Assembly (NCBI GenBank): GCA_965243205.1
Contig: CBDEUK010000002.1
Location: 1,888,001-1,952,000 of the forward strand
Source: Gammaproteobacteria bacterium
GTDB taxonomy: Bacteria > Pseudomonadota > Gammaproteobacteria > Eutrophobiales > Eutrophobiaceae
Direction: 5' to 3'
DNA length: 64,000 nt
Position 1 is the stretch's first letter; each line of letters starts with the position of its first letter. This document shows, one piece after another, positions 53,109-64,000 of this stretch. The notes beneath the pieces are model-generated. The model saw only the letters and a program-made list of their open reading frames with translations. It searched no databases and was not told where the DNA came from. A program made the translations under genes and the position numbers.

Positions 53109-54161
53109 ATGTATTTGAACTTTATACGAATGATTCTATTAGGGTTCACGTTATTTGCCACGCAATCTTTATATGCAAATCCTAAGCTACAACAAGCTCA
53201 AACACTTTTAGAGCAATCAAAATTACAAGAATCGCTGGACATGATCAACGAGGTGTTGTCAGAGGATGCTGGAAACATCGAAGCCAGATTCATGAAAGGA
53301 TTGATCTTGACTCGTTATGATAGATTGCCAGATGCTGAAGTTGTTTTTGACCAATTAACGCGCGACCATCCCGATTTACCAGAGCCATACAATAATCTTG
53401 CCGTCGTTTACGCTGCCCAAGGCAAATTTGATGAAGCCCGGGACGCATTAACACGAGCGATAAATACACATCCGAGTTATGCAACGGCCCATGAAAATCT
53501 TGGTGATATATACGCGAAAATGGCAAGTCGAGCGTATAACCAGGCGCTTGAATTAGATGATGGCAATAGCAGTGCTCGTGAAAAATTATCATTGGTAAAA
53601 GAGGTTTTCTCTGCAACTGCTTATGCTAGTGTTCCTGCTAAACAGGCAGAACCGGAACCAGAACCAGTAACAGTTGCTAAGGTTGAAGAAACAACTAGCT
53701 CTGTAGAAACTGAGCCAACAAATATTCAACCCCCAGTTGTAAAACCTGTGGTTGAAGAACCAGCTAAAATAGAAACAGTCGAGAAGCAAACGGTTGAAAC
53801 TGCTCCAGTACAATCAATACCTTTAGATCCAAATATTGAGACAGTGATTTTAGATTGGGCTAATTCATGGTCGGCTCAATCTGTTGAAGATTATCTTTCA
53901 TATTATTCAAATGAATATAAACCGCAGTTTGGAATTTCATTCGAAAAATGGAAGCAGCAAAGATATGTTCGCTTAAAACAGCCTAAATTTATTAAAATAC
54001 AAGTAGAGAATATTCAAATTGATATGATAACTGAAGCAATGGCTCTAGCTAGTTTTAAGCAAGCCTATACTTCGGATACGTATAATGACAAGGTGAATAA
54101 AAAACTCAGACTGCAAAAGCAAAAAGAACAATGGAAAATTGTCGAAGAATTTTCAAATTAA
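53109..54161 (+). CDS. Exported TPR protein with C-terminal NTF2-like (Csd6-type) domain
   Basis: Signal peptide; TPRs (PEPYNNLAVVYA, AHENLGDIY); Pro/Glu linker; WANSWS..YLSYYS..W. Confidence 0.85.
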   Translation: MYLNFIRMILLGFTLFATQSLYANPKLQQAQTLLEQSKLQESLDMINEVLSEDAGNIEARFMKGLILTRYDRLPDAEVVFDQLTRDHPDLPEPYNNLAVVYAAQGKFDEARDALTRAINTHPSYATAHENLGDIYAKMASRAYNQALELDDGNSSAREKLSLVKEVFSATAYASVPAKQAEPEPEPVTVAKVEETTSSVETEPTNIQPPVVKPVVEEPAKIETVEKQTVETAPVQSIPLDPNIETVILDWANSWSAQSVEDYLSYYSNEYKPQFGISFEKWKQQRYVRLKQPKFIKIQVENIQIDMITEAMALASFKQAYTSDTYNDKVNKKLRLQKQKEQWKIVEEFSN

Positions 54162-55390
54162 GACCGGTTCAGTTTTTCCTTAGTGTAGTCTTATCAAATG
54201 TGACATTTGTCGCTCTTTGTCAGCCAACAGTTGCTGTTGAGCTGTTAACACATCCTTCAGTAGCTACAAATTCACATATTGTAGAACACCGCTATGAAGA
54301 TCGTTTAATTCAAACCATTCAATTGATTCGAGAAGGCAAAGTTGATCAAGCAATTGAACAAGTCAAATTAGTGATTGCTGATAAGCCTGACTTTAAATTA
54401 GCACAATTGATTTATGCCGATTTATTATTATCAAAAGCACGTGGAATAAACGATTTTGGAAATATCTATTCTGCACCGATAGAGAAAATCACTGCTTTAT
54501 TGAATGAAGCAAAAGTTCGTTGGCAGCATCATGAGCATCCACCAAACAAAAATTTAATTCCTTCCTCATTGATAAGATTAAGTGGTCATCAAAAATATGC
54601 CATTGTCGTTGATTTAAAAGCTTCACGTTTATATTTATATGAAAACAATAAAGGCACTCCTATTTTACACAGTGATTACTATGTCACGATTGGTAAGAAT
54701 GGCGTAGGAAAATTTATTGAAGGTGATCAGAAAACACCAACCGGTGTTTACTTTATTACAGATTATATCGACTCAAAAGAGTTGCCTGATTTGTATGGTG
54801 ATGGTGCTTTTCCGATTGACTATCCCAATGCTTGGGATCTAAGACTAAACCGCACAGGTTATGGTATCTGGTTACATGGAACGCCGAGTAATACATACAC
54901 TCGCCCACCTCGTGATAGTAATGGTTGCGTTATTGTTAGTAACGATGATTTTAGAGAAATTAGTAAGTACATAGATGTAAAAGCAACTCCAGTGATTCTT
55001 TCTCCTGAAATCGATTGGATAACGATGAAAGCTTGGCAAACACGAGCTGTGCAGTATGCTAATTTTTTAGAGCAATGGCGTAAGGATTGGGAAAGTCGAG
55101 ATGCTGAAAAATACCTTAGTCATTATTCAAAACAATATCATGGTTTAGGTAATGATTATGAAAGTTGGGCTGAATATAAACGACAAGTGAATCCATCCAA
55201 ACAGTTTATTCAAGTTGATCTCTACAATACGAGTATGTTTCTTTATCCCGGCGATGAAAATTTATTAGTTGTTACCTTCGAGCAAGATTATAAAAGCGAT
55301 AATTTCAAACGTCGGTTTATTAAACGCCAATATTGGAAGATGGAAGCCGATGGAAAATGGCGTATTGTATATGAAGGAAATGTGACCTAA
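54131..55390 (+). CDS. L,D-transpeptidase (YkuD) family protein with NTF2-like C-terminus
   Basis: EGDQKTPTG, IWLHG...SNGC; WRKDWE..YLSHYS; true start uncertain, probably downstream of 54131. Confidence 0.88.
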   Translation: MENCRRIFKLRPVQFFLSVVLSNVTFVALCQPTVAVELLTHPSVATNSHIVEHRYEDRLIQTIQLIREGKVDQAIEQVKLVIADKPDFKLAQLIYADLLLSKARGINDFGNIYSAPIEKITALLNEAKVRWQHHEHPPNKNLIPSSLIRLSGHQKYAIVVDLKASRLYLYENNKGTPILHSDYYVTIGKNGVGKFIEGDQKTPTGVYFITDYIDSKELPDLYGDGAFPIDYPNAWDLRLNRTGYGIWLHGTPSNTYTRPPRDSNGCVIVSNDDFREISKYIDVKATPVILSPEIDWITMKAWQTRAVQYANFLEQWRKDWESRDAEKYLSHYSKQYHGLGNDYESWAEYKRQVNPSKQFIQVDLYNTSMFLYPGDENLLVVTFEQDYKSDNFKRRFIKRQYWKMEADGKWRIVYEGNVT

Positions 55391-55394
55391 CTAA

Positions 55395-56273
55395 TTAATA
55401 ATACTCTTCTATATAATCTTTATGTTGAGTCACTTCTTGTTGTTTTAAATTCTTTTTTAGATATCGCACTAAATCGATCCAAATTGCAGAGATTTCTTCT
55501 TTCGTAGGCATTATCCCTGCGTGTGGTAATTCTATAGTAACAACTGGAATATTTAATTCGGTTCCAGCATATCGTCCAAGTGAACCTGGGTAGGTTCCAA
55601 GTAAATTCAAATGCAATCGACCGAGTTTACTCGGTGCATCTAGAGGACCATCATAATCAATAATGCCATGAGGTGCATGAACTGAAACCAATATGTCAGG
55701 TTTAAAACGATGAATTTCATCTACTACCCATTGTGCTTCAGGTTCACTTAAAGGTTGTTTGCCAGGGAAACGTCTCGCACTGCGTTTGGCTTTTTCTTGC
55801 CAATGTTTGATAGGGCTTTCTGACCAAGTTGGTACAGGAAAATTTCGATTTAAATCGACTCCATTAGAATTGACTCTAGAAGATTTTTTTTGCAATAGAC
55901 CATCAGGATTTACCAAAGGCGCTATTTTCCAATGAAATAAACCAGAATGGTGTTCTTTTAATGTTTTAAGCCATTTAAAAACAACACTGACAGAAGAATA
56001 TTCATCGCCGTGAATACCACCTAATAATAATACTTTGCCGATTGGTTTTTTATCTTTTAATGGAAGAAATTCTTTGATTAAAATTTCTGTGTCATTATTA
56101 CTTAAGCCACCATTCGTTATTAAATCGAGATCTAAACAGTCATCAATACTTACGCTACCAAGTTTATTACCAATTCGTGTGCAAACAGAATTAACATCCG
56201 CGTAAGCGATATTTAGATTAAAAAAATAAAAGATAATAAATAATAAGCAGAGGTTAGAATTATTATTTTTCAC
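55395..56273 (-). CDS. M14 zinc carboxypeptidase (MpaA-like murein peptide amidase)
   Basis: HGDE, NPDG, DLNRNF, SVH, TIE; GTG start at 56273 overlaps the ubiA TGA and yields a signal peptide. Confidence 0.87.
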   Translation of the reverse strand: MKNNNSNLCLLFIIFYFFNLNIAYADVNSVCTRIGNKLGSVSIDDCLDLDLITNGGLSNNDTEILIKEFLPLKDKKPIGKVLLLGGIHGDEYSSVSVVFKWLKTLKEHHSGLFHWKIAPLVNPDGLLQKKSSRVNSNGVDLNRNFPVPTWSESPIKHWQEKAKRSARRFPGKQPLSEPEAQWVVDEIHRFKPDILVSVHAPHGIIDYDGPLDAPSKLGRLHLNLLGTYPGSLGRYAGTELNIPVVTIELPHAGIMPTKEEISAIWIDLVRYLKKNLKQQEVTQHKDYIEEYY

Positions 56274-57238
56274 GATATTTTGAAATGATATTCTAGAAAA
56301 AGTCCTATATATATAACTGCACCAAACCAATTATTATTTAAAAATGCTTTAAAACATTTTTGTGGTTTTCTATCTCTAATTAAAGTTTGTTGATAGATAG
56401 CTAATACACAAGCAATAGCCAAACCAGTAAAATAGTAAAATCCAAACTCGAGTTGTTGTCCAAGCAATACCAGCGTGAACATTAACATAATCTGAATAAT
56501 ACCAATAATGAACGTATCTTGTTCAGCAAATAATATAGCAGTCGATTTTACACCAATTTTAATGTCATCTTCACGGTCGATCATGGCGTACATTGTATCG
56601 TATACAACTGACCATAGAACATTCGCGATTAATATCATCCAGGCAATTATAGGAATAGAGTTTGTTTGAGCAGCAAACGCCATAGGTATCCCCCAACCAA
56701 ACGCAAGCCCTAATACAAATTGTGGTAAGTAGGTATAACGTTTCATTAATGGATAAACAGCAGCCAGTAATACGGCAATGCAAGATAAGTAAATTGTCAG
56801 TTCATTGGTAAATAAGACCAAGATAAATGCCAATAATAATAATGAACAAGCCACATAAATGGCTTCTATGGGGCTAACTTCCCCTGTAACGATGGGTCTA
56901 TCTTTAGTTCTACCAACGTGACCATCAAATTTTCTATCAGCAAAATCGTTCAAAGCACAGCCTGCAGAACGAGTTAAAAAAACACCTGCTATAAAAATGA
57001 ATAAAATCTTAATTGATGGAATACCTTCAGCTGCTACCCATAATGCCCATAAGGTAGGCCATAATAATAATAGAATTCCGATCGGTTTGTGCATTCGACA
57101 AAGAACAGCATATTTAGCAAGACGTTCCTTAATTAAGGGTTTATAAAATTCTCGCCATTTGACGTAAGTTGGTTCGTAATATTGAAAACGAAATTGATTA
57201 TAAGCGTAAATTAATTCTTTGATTTTTCGATTTTTCAT
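56270..57238 (-). CDS. ubiA: 4-hydroxybenzoate octaprenyltransferase
   Basis: KPIG..LLLWP, NDFADRKFD, YPLMKR, YDTMYAMIDREDD. Confidence 0.96.
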   Translation of the reverse strand: MKNRKIKELIYAYNQFRFQYYEPTYVKWREFYKPLIKERLAKYAVLCRMHKPIGILLLLWPTLWALWVAAEGIPSIKILFIFIAGVFLTRSAGCALNDFADRKFDGHVGRTKDRPIVTGEVSPIEAIYVACSLLLLAFILVLFTNELTIYLSCIAVLLAAVYPLMKRYTYLPQFVLGLAFGWGIPMAFAAQTNSIPIIAWMILIANVLWSVVYDTMYAMIDREDDIKIGVKSTAILFAEQDTFIIGIIQIMLMFTLVLLGQQLEFGFYYFTGLAIACVLAIYQQTLIRDRKPQKCFKAFLNNNWFGAVIYIGLFLEYHFKIS

Positions 57239-57252
57239 AATAAATCAGCCAT

Positions 57253-59340
57253 TCAAACTTGGCTGTAATCAACTTGCTGTCCGCACCAACGTTTTATAAT
57301 AGGTTCAACTAATTCAGGATATGATTTCATAATATGATTTGCAGCTGTTTGAACATCAGGAATTATATCCGCATCGCGCATAATGTCAGCAACAGAAAGT
57401 TCAGGTAAACCAGCTTGTCGAGTCCCTAATAATTCACCTGGGCCACGGAGCTGTAAATCAATCTCGGCTATTTTAAAGCCATCGTTACTATTTCGAATAG
57501 CATCCAATCGTTTTTTTGCTAATTCAGAAAGCGGCGATTGATAGAGTAAAATACAATTACTTTGTTTGTTACCTCTACCGACACGTCCACGTAATTGATG
57601 CAATTGAGCTAAGCCTAAGCGTTCACTATTTTCAATGACCATTAAACTTGCATTAGGAACATTAACGCCGACCTCAATAACGGTTGTTGCAACTAATAAA
57701 TCAAGTTTGCCCAATTTGAATTGGTTCATTATCGATTCTTTTTCAGTATTTTTCATTTTTCCATGAACTAACCCAATATTTAAATCAGGTAGAGACTCAA
57801 TGAGTAAATGTTGTGTATCGGTTGCGGTTTCAACACGTAAAGTTTCTGATTCTTCAATCATTGCACAGACCCAGTAAACTTGAGTACCTTGTTTTACAGT
57901 TATTTTGATTCGTTCAATTAATTCCTCTCTTTTTTGATTAGATAAAATTACGGTTTTAACTGCTTTTCTATTGGGTGGTAATTCATCGATGATAGAAACA
58001 TCTAAATCGCCATAGGCAGTCATGGTTAAAGTACGTGGGATCGGTGTTGCAGACATGACGAGCTGATGCGGATAAAAATTTTTATCTTTATTTTTATTTA
58101 GCAGGCTTAGTCTTTGGTTTACACCAAAACGATGTTGTTCATCGATAACTACCATAGCTAATTTATTAAATAACACATCTTCTTGAAATAAAGCGTGTGT
58201 GCCGATTACTAAGCAAGGAATATCTTTTTGAATTTGTTCTAATGTTTCTATGTAGTCAGCCTTAGATAGTTTGCCAGTTAGTTTAATTATTTTAAGTCCG
58301 AGTGGAGTAAACCATTCAATGAAATTTTCATAATGTTGTTCAGCTAATAACTCAGTCGGAGCCATTAATGCAGCTTGATAACCAGATTGGATGGTATAAA
58401 GTGCAGCAATTGCTGCAATGATGGTTTTACCTGATCCAACATCACCTTGTACTAAACGCAACATTGGTATGTTCGTTTGTAAATCAGCGGCGATTTCTTC
58501 TAGCACACGGTTTTGTGCATTAGTTAAAGAAAAAGAAAGTTTAGAAAAGAATTTATCTATTAAGTCTTGTTGAAATTGAAATTTAAAACTTTGTTTTTCT
58601 CTAAATTTATCTTTAATTTTTTGCAAACTTAAAGACTGCGCAATCAATTCTTCAAACGCTAAGCGTTGTTGTGCAGGATGAACCCCGGATTTTAATTCAC
58701 TTAATGAAGCATCAGGTGGTGGGCGATGAACATAATTTATGGCTTCAGATAAGTTTGTTAAAGAATAATTTTTACATATTTTTTCTGGAATTAATTCTAT
58801 ATCAGCATTATTAATACATAGTTTGTCTAATGCTTGGTCGGTTAATTGACGTAATTTATTTTGATGTAAACCTTCTGTCGTAGGATAGATTGGTGTTAAG
58901 GTTTCATTAACAGCAGTGACATTAGTATTGATTATTTGAGTCTCAGGATGGATCATTTCGGGATTTTTTGCTGAATAACGAACAGTTCCATAGCAACGTA
59001 TACGAGAACCTTTTTGCAAACGATCTTGTTGGCTTTTATTAAAATAAAAAAAACGTAAAACTAAAGAACCTGTACCATCTGAAATTTGGCAAAGTAAGGA
59101 ACGACGTTTACCAAATTGAATTTGGGTTAGTTCGATCTCACCTTCAACTAGAACTTCTTGGCCAGTTAGCACACTGCCGATTGGAACCAAGCGCGTTCTA
59201 TCTTGATAACGAATCGGCAGATGAAATAAAACATCCTGTATTTGATAGATACCAATATTATTAAGTAGCTGTTGGGTTTTATGCCCTACACCTTTAAGCG
59301 TATTGATATCTTGGTTCAGAATAGAATCTGATGAATTCAC
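57253..59340 (-). CDS. recG: ATP-dependent DNA helicase RecG
   Basis: QGDVGSGKT, DEQHRFG, SATPIPR, QLRGRVGR. Confidence 0.98.
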   Translation of the reverse strand: MNSSDSILNQDINTLKGVGHKTQQLLNNIGIYQIQDVLFHLPIRYQDRTRLVPIGSVLTGQEVLVEGEIELTQIQFGKRRSLLCQISDGTGSLVLRFFYFNKSQQDRLQKGSRIRCYGTVRYSAKNPEMIHPETQIINTNVTAVNETLTPIYPTTEGLHQNKLRQLTDQALDKLCINNADIELIPEKICKNYSLTNLSEAINYVHRPPPDASLSELKSGVHPAQQRLAFEELIAQSLSLQKIKDKFREKQSFKFQFQQDLIDKFFSKLSFSLTNAQNRVLEEIAADLQTNIPMLRLVQGDVGSGKTIIAAIAALYTIQSGYQAALMAPTELLAEQHYENFIEWFTPLGLKIIKLTGKLSKADYIETLEQIQKDIPCLVIGTHALFQEDVLFNKLAMVVIDEQHRFGVNQRLSLLNKNKDKNFYPHQLVMSATPIPRTLTMTAYGDLDVSIIDELPPNRKAVKTVILSNQKREELIERIKITVKQGTQVYWVCAMIEESETLRVETATDTQHLLIESLPDLNIGLVHGKMKNTEKESIMNQFKLGKLDLLVATTVIEVGVNVPNASLMVIENSERLGLAQLHQLRGRVGRGNKQSNCILLYQSPLSELAKKRLDAIRNSNDGFKIAEIDLQLRGPGELLGTRQAGLPELSVADIMRDADIIPDVQTAANHIMKSYPELVEPIIKRWCGQQVDYSQV

Positions 59341-59363
59341 TTGTTTGTGAAAGAGTGTTTAGA

Positions 59364-59747
59364 TTATACAATCACCATAATGGCATCCATTTCAACGCCG
59401 GCGTTTTTAGGTAAAGAAGCAACTCCAATAGCCGCGCGTGCAGGATAAGGTTGTTGAAAATATTGAGACATAATTTCATTCACGGTCGGGAAGTTACTTA
59501 AATCGGTTAAAAAGATATTAAGTTTCGCTATATCATTGAGACTGCCACCCGCTGCTTCAGCAACTGCGGTTAAGTTTTTAAACACACGATGTATCTCATC
59601 ACTGATATCACCTTCAATCATTTCCATTGTTTCAGGTATTAATGGTATTTGGCCGGAAAGATAAACAGTATTGTCAATTTTAACGGCTTGAGAATAGGTT
59701 CCAATAGCTTGTGGCGCTTTATCGGTTTGGATAATTTCGCGACCCAT
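59364..59747 (-). CDS. RidA family enamine/imine deaminase
   Basis: [21 protein letters not shown]. Confidence 0.95.
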   Translation of the reverse strand: MGREIIQTDKAPQAIGTYSQAVKIDNTVYLSGQIPLIPETMEMIEGDISDEIHRVFKNLTAVAEAAGGSLNDIAKLNIFLTDLSNFPTVNEIMSQYFQQPYPARAAIGVASLPKNAGVEMDAIMVIV

Positions 59748-59775
59748 AATTAACTCCTATGAATAGTAATAATAA

Positions 59776-61914
59776 TTAGCTTCTTACGATGTGTGAAACA
59801 TGTTTAATTCGATGTAAACGTCGCATAACACTAGCAAGGTGGTTTCGATTTTTGACTTCGACTAAAAAAGTAATGCGCGTGTAACGATCATCTTTATCAA
59901 CGATATCAACATTTAAAATATTTGCATCAACTTCTGCAATAGCAGAAGCAATAGTAGCAAGTACACCACGTTGGTTTGTGACTTCCATGCTTAACATGCA
60001 TGGAAATTCTTGTTTAATTTTCTTTTCCCATTCTACATCAACCCATTTTTCCGGTTGGTTTTGAAATTCTTGAACGTTTTTACAATCGCGAACATGAATA
60101 ACAATACCTCGACCCGCGGTAACATAACCAATGATAGGATCACCAGGAATGGGACGACAACATTTAGGAAAACTAATCACCAGGCCTTCAGTCCCTTTAA
60201 TGGAGATGGGGTTTGAGTCAACTTTGTCTTTTTGATTTTCTGTTAATTCTTCAAGTGTTGGAACGAGTTTTCTAGCAACTAAAGGCGCTAAACGATTACC
60301 TAAACCGATCTCTGCTAGTAATTCATTTTCCGAAGAGAGCTTATATTCTTCTATGATAGATTGTTTTTGTTCTTCAGGAATATCATCGTAATTAATAGAA
60401 AAAGCAGAGAGCTCTCTTACTAACAAACGTTTTCCTAGCACACTGGCTTCATTTGCTTGTAGTGATTTCAAATAATGGCGAATATTACTTCTGGCTCTTG
60501 CTGTGACGACAAAGTTCAACCATTGTGGGTTTGGACTTTCGGTTTTTCCACGAATGATTTCGATAACTTGTCCTGTATCTAATGGTGTTCCCAAAGGGGC
60601 CAAACGTTTATTTACTCTGGCACCAATACAGGTATTACCAACATCAGTATGAATGGCATACGCAAAATCAACGGATGTTGCTCCACGCGGTAATTCAATG
60701 ATCTTGCCTTTAGGTGTGAACACATAAACGGATTCTGGAAATAGATCGACTTTTACATTTTCCAAAAACTCTTCTGGGTTACCAGCAGTTTGTTGCATCT
60801 CAATGATGTTATGTAACCATTCACGAGCACGTTTATGAGCGCCTTTCCGATCATTTTTTGCTCCAGTTTTATATAACCAATGAGCTGCAATACCTGATTC
60901 AGCAACGTCATTCATATCATGTGTACGAATTTGTACTTCAATGTTAACGCCATAAGGGCCGAACAAGATCGTATGCAAAGATTGATAACCATTGGTTTTA
61001 GGTATGGCAATATAATCTTTAAATTTACCTGGAACAGGTTTATATAAATTATGCATCACACCTAAAACACGGTAACAAGTATCAACTGAATCAACTAATA
61101 ATCGAAATGCGTATACATCATAAACTTCACTGAAAGAACGTCGCTGTTCTCGCATTTTGTTATAGATGCCATAAAGATGTTTTTCACGACCAAGGATTTG
61201 CGCAGGGATTTTTTCTTGACGTAATCTGCGCCGCAAAGCGTTACGAATTTTTGAAATGATTTCTTTGCGATTACCACGCGCTTTACGAACTTGTTCGGCT
61301 AAAATTCTATGACGCATTGGATATAAAGAAGAAAACCCTAATTCTTCTAATTCAAGTCGAATTGCATTCATACCCAAACGTTGAGCGATCGGTGCGTAAA
61401 TTTCTAACGTTTCTTTTGCGATTCGACGGCGTTTCTTCGCAGATAAAGATCCTAAGGTGCGCATGTTGTGTAAACGGTCGGCAAGTTTTACGAGAATGAC
61501 GCGAATATCATTACTCATTGCCATTACCATCTTGCGGAAGTTGTGCGCTTGTTTTTCTTCCAAGCTATCGAACTTCATCATGGTTAATTTACTGACACCA
61601 TCAACTAGTTCAGCGACACCCTTACCAAATTTTCGTTGAATATCATTTTTATCAATAGAGGTGTCTTCAATAACATCATGCAAAATGGCGGCTTGGATGG
61701 TTTGATGATCCATGTGCATTTCGCCAAGGATTTCTGCTACAGCAATAGGGTGAGTGATATACGGTTCGCCACTTTTACGAGTTTGTCCATCATGCGCAAC
61801 CGCACCAAACTCCACGGCTTTTTCGATACGAGCGATTTGCTCGTCTTCCAAATATGTGCCAACGGTTTTCTTTAAATCATTTAATTGATAAACAATTGCT
61901 GATGGATAATTCAT
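59776..61914 (-). CDS. spoT: Bifunctional (p)ppGpp synthetase/hydrolase
   Basis: Intact HD motif (LHDVIED), KDYIAIPK.NGYQSLH, TGS and ACT domains; follows rpoZ. Confidence 0.97.
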   Translation of the reverse strand: MNYPSAIVYQLNDLKKTVGTYLEDEQIARIEKAVEFGAVAHDGQTRKSGEPYITHPIAVAEILGEMHMDHQTIQAAILHDVIEDTSIDKNDIQRKFGKGVAELVDGVSKLTMMKFDSLEEKQAHNFRKMVMAMSNDIRVILVKLADRLHNMRTLGSLSAKKRRRIAKETLEIYAPIAQRLGMNAIRLELEELGFSSLYPMRHRILAEQVRKARGNRKEIISKIRNALRRRLRQEKIPAQILGREKHLYGIYNKMREQRRSFSEVYDVYAFRLLVDSVDTCYRVLGVMHNLYKPVPGKFKDYIAIPKTNGYQSLHTILFGPYGVNIEVQIRTHDMNDVAESGIAAHWLYKTGAKNDRKGAHKRAREWLHNIIEMQQTAGNPEEFLENVKVDLFPESVYVFTPKGKIIELPRGATSVDFAYAIHTDVGNTCIGARVNKRLAPLGTPLDTGQVIEIIRGKTESPNPQWLNFVVTARARSNIRHYLKSLQANEASVLGKRLLVRELSAFSINYDDIPEEQKQSIIEEYKLSSENELLAEIGLGNRLAPLVARKLVPTLEELTENQKDKVDSNPISIKGTEGLVISFPKCCRPIPGDPIIGYVTAGRGIVIHVRDCKNVQEFQNQPEKWVDVEWEKKIKQEFPCMLSMEVTNQRGVLATIASAIAEVDANILNVDIVDKDDRYTRITFLVEVKNRNHLASVMRRLHRIKHVSHIVRS

Positions 61915-61990
61915 GCGCCTAACAAAATTAATTACTTACAGTAATTATGCGCAGTAATTCAACGGGATGAAAGGTAAGTTTTGAGATTAA

Positions 61991-62016
61991 GGTATCCGAT
62001 TGAAGAATCGGATACC
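61991..62016 (-). terminator. Hairpin after rpoZ (partial terminator or stabiliser)
   Basis: GGTATCCGATT-gaag-AATCGGATACC perfect 11-bp stem; weak U-tail. Confidence 0.55.
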
Positions 62017-62029
62017 GCTGTCTTGGATA

Positions 62030-62293
62030 TTATTCTGCGACGGGCAGAGAAAAGTCGCCTTCTTCAACAAATTCGTCTTCTTCATCGAATCGGTCGATTT
62101 CATTGATGTTTTCTGGTGTCACCAAACCTTCAGCGATCTCGCGTAATGCGATCACAGTCGGTTTGTCATTGTCTTCTTCTACTAAAGGCTCAGCACCCAT
62201 GATAATTTGACGCGCACGCTGGCTAGCCAACAAAACTAAGTCGTATCGGTTATCTACGTTATCTAAGCAGTCTTCAATCGTTAATCTGGCCAT
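62030..62293 (-). CDS. rpoZ: RNA polymerase omega subunit
   Basis: [27 protein letters not shown]. Confidence 0.98.
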   Translation of the reverse strand: MARLTIEDCLDNVDNRYDLVLLASQRARQIIMGAEPLVEEDNDKPTVIALREIAEGLVTPENINEIDRFDEEDEFVEEGDFSLPVAE

Positions 62294-62361
62294 GTAATTC
62301 TCTTAATTTGGGGATTCGGAAAAAGCCGGCAATTATAGACTACTATTTAGATAATCTGCAA

Positions 62362-63874
<1,513 letters not shown>

Positions 63875-63956
63875 TCATGGTTCCGCTGTTGATTATTATT
63901 GCGCGTAGTCTAACTCGTCACTAAAGATTGGCAAGCATGTTGATAGAATTAATGGG

Positions 63957-64000
63957 TATAATCCCTTTCCTTTTTTACCCTTATTTATTTGGAGATTTAT
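63957..64000 (+). promoter_or_regulatory. -10 box and RBS of a divergent gene starting at the window edge
   Basis: TATAAT at 63957, GGAG at 63991, window ends in AT; rph commonly sits here but is not visible. Confidence 0.4.

Overview
Dense, AT-rich chromosomal segment of a gammaproteobacterium (lineage not resolvable from this window). It is mostly housekeeping genes in familiar blocks: gcvH-tpx-dgkA, queG, gcvR/dapA-bamC, tgt-yajC-secDF-pdxB-purN, mlaC-bolA-murA-hisGDC, degS/petABC-sspAB, the BON-SIS-yraN-lpoA/rsmI block with rnpB (RNase P RNA), nagZ, cysB, birA-coaX-SPOR and ubiA-recG-ridA-spoT-rpoZ-gmk-yicC. I saw no tRNA, rRNA, IS element, integrase, prophage or CRISPR array. The best leads are small and regulatory. 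Two 46-aa ORFs are missed by the ORF track: one is a signal peptide plus a 15-aa tail behind a sigma54-type promoter, the other a single-TM protein behind a 20-bp-period OmpR/PhoB-like repeat array. Other leads are an unrecognised gene behind a near-consensus sigma28 promoter with an internal signal-peptide-like segment, a transmembrane VWA-FHA protein near a soluble FHA protein, a TPR/L,D-transpeptidase/M14 peptidoglycan trio, an MMPL-MlaC pairing, and two divergent genes whose probable start codons touch (CATATG). All family calls come from motif recognition by eye; no searches were run, so novelty is unverified.
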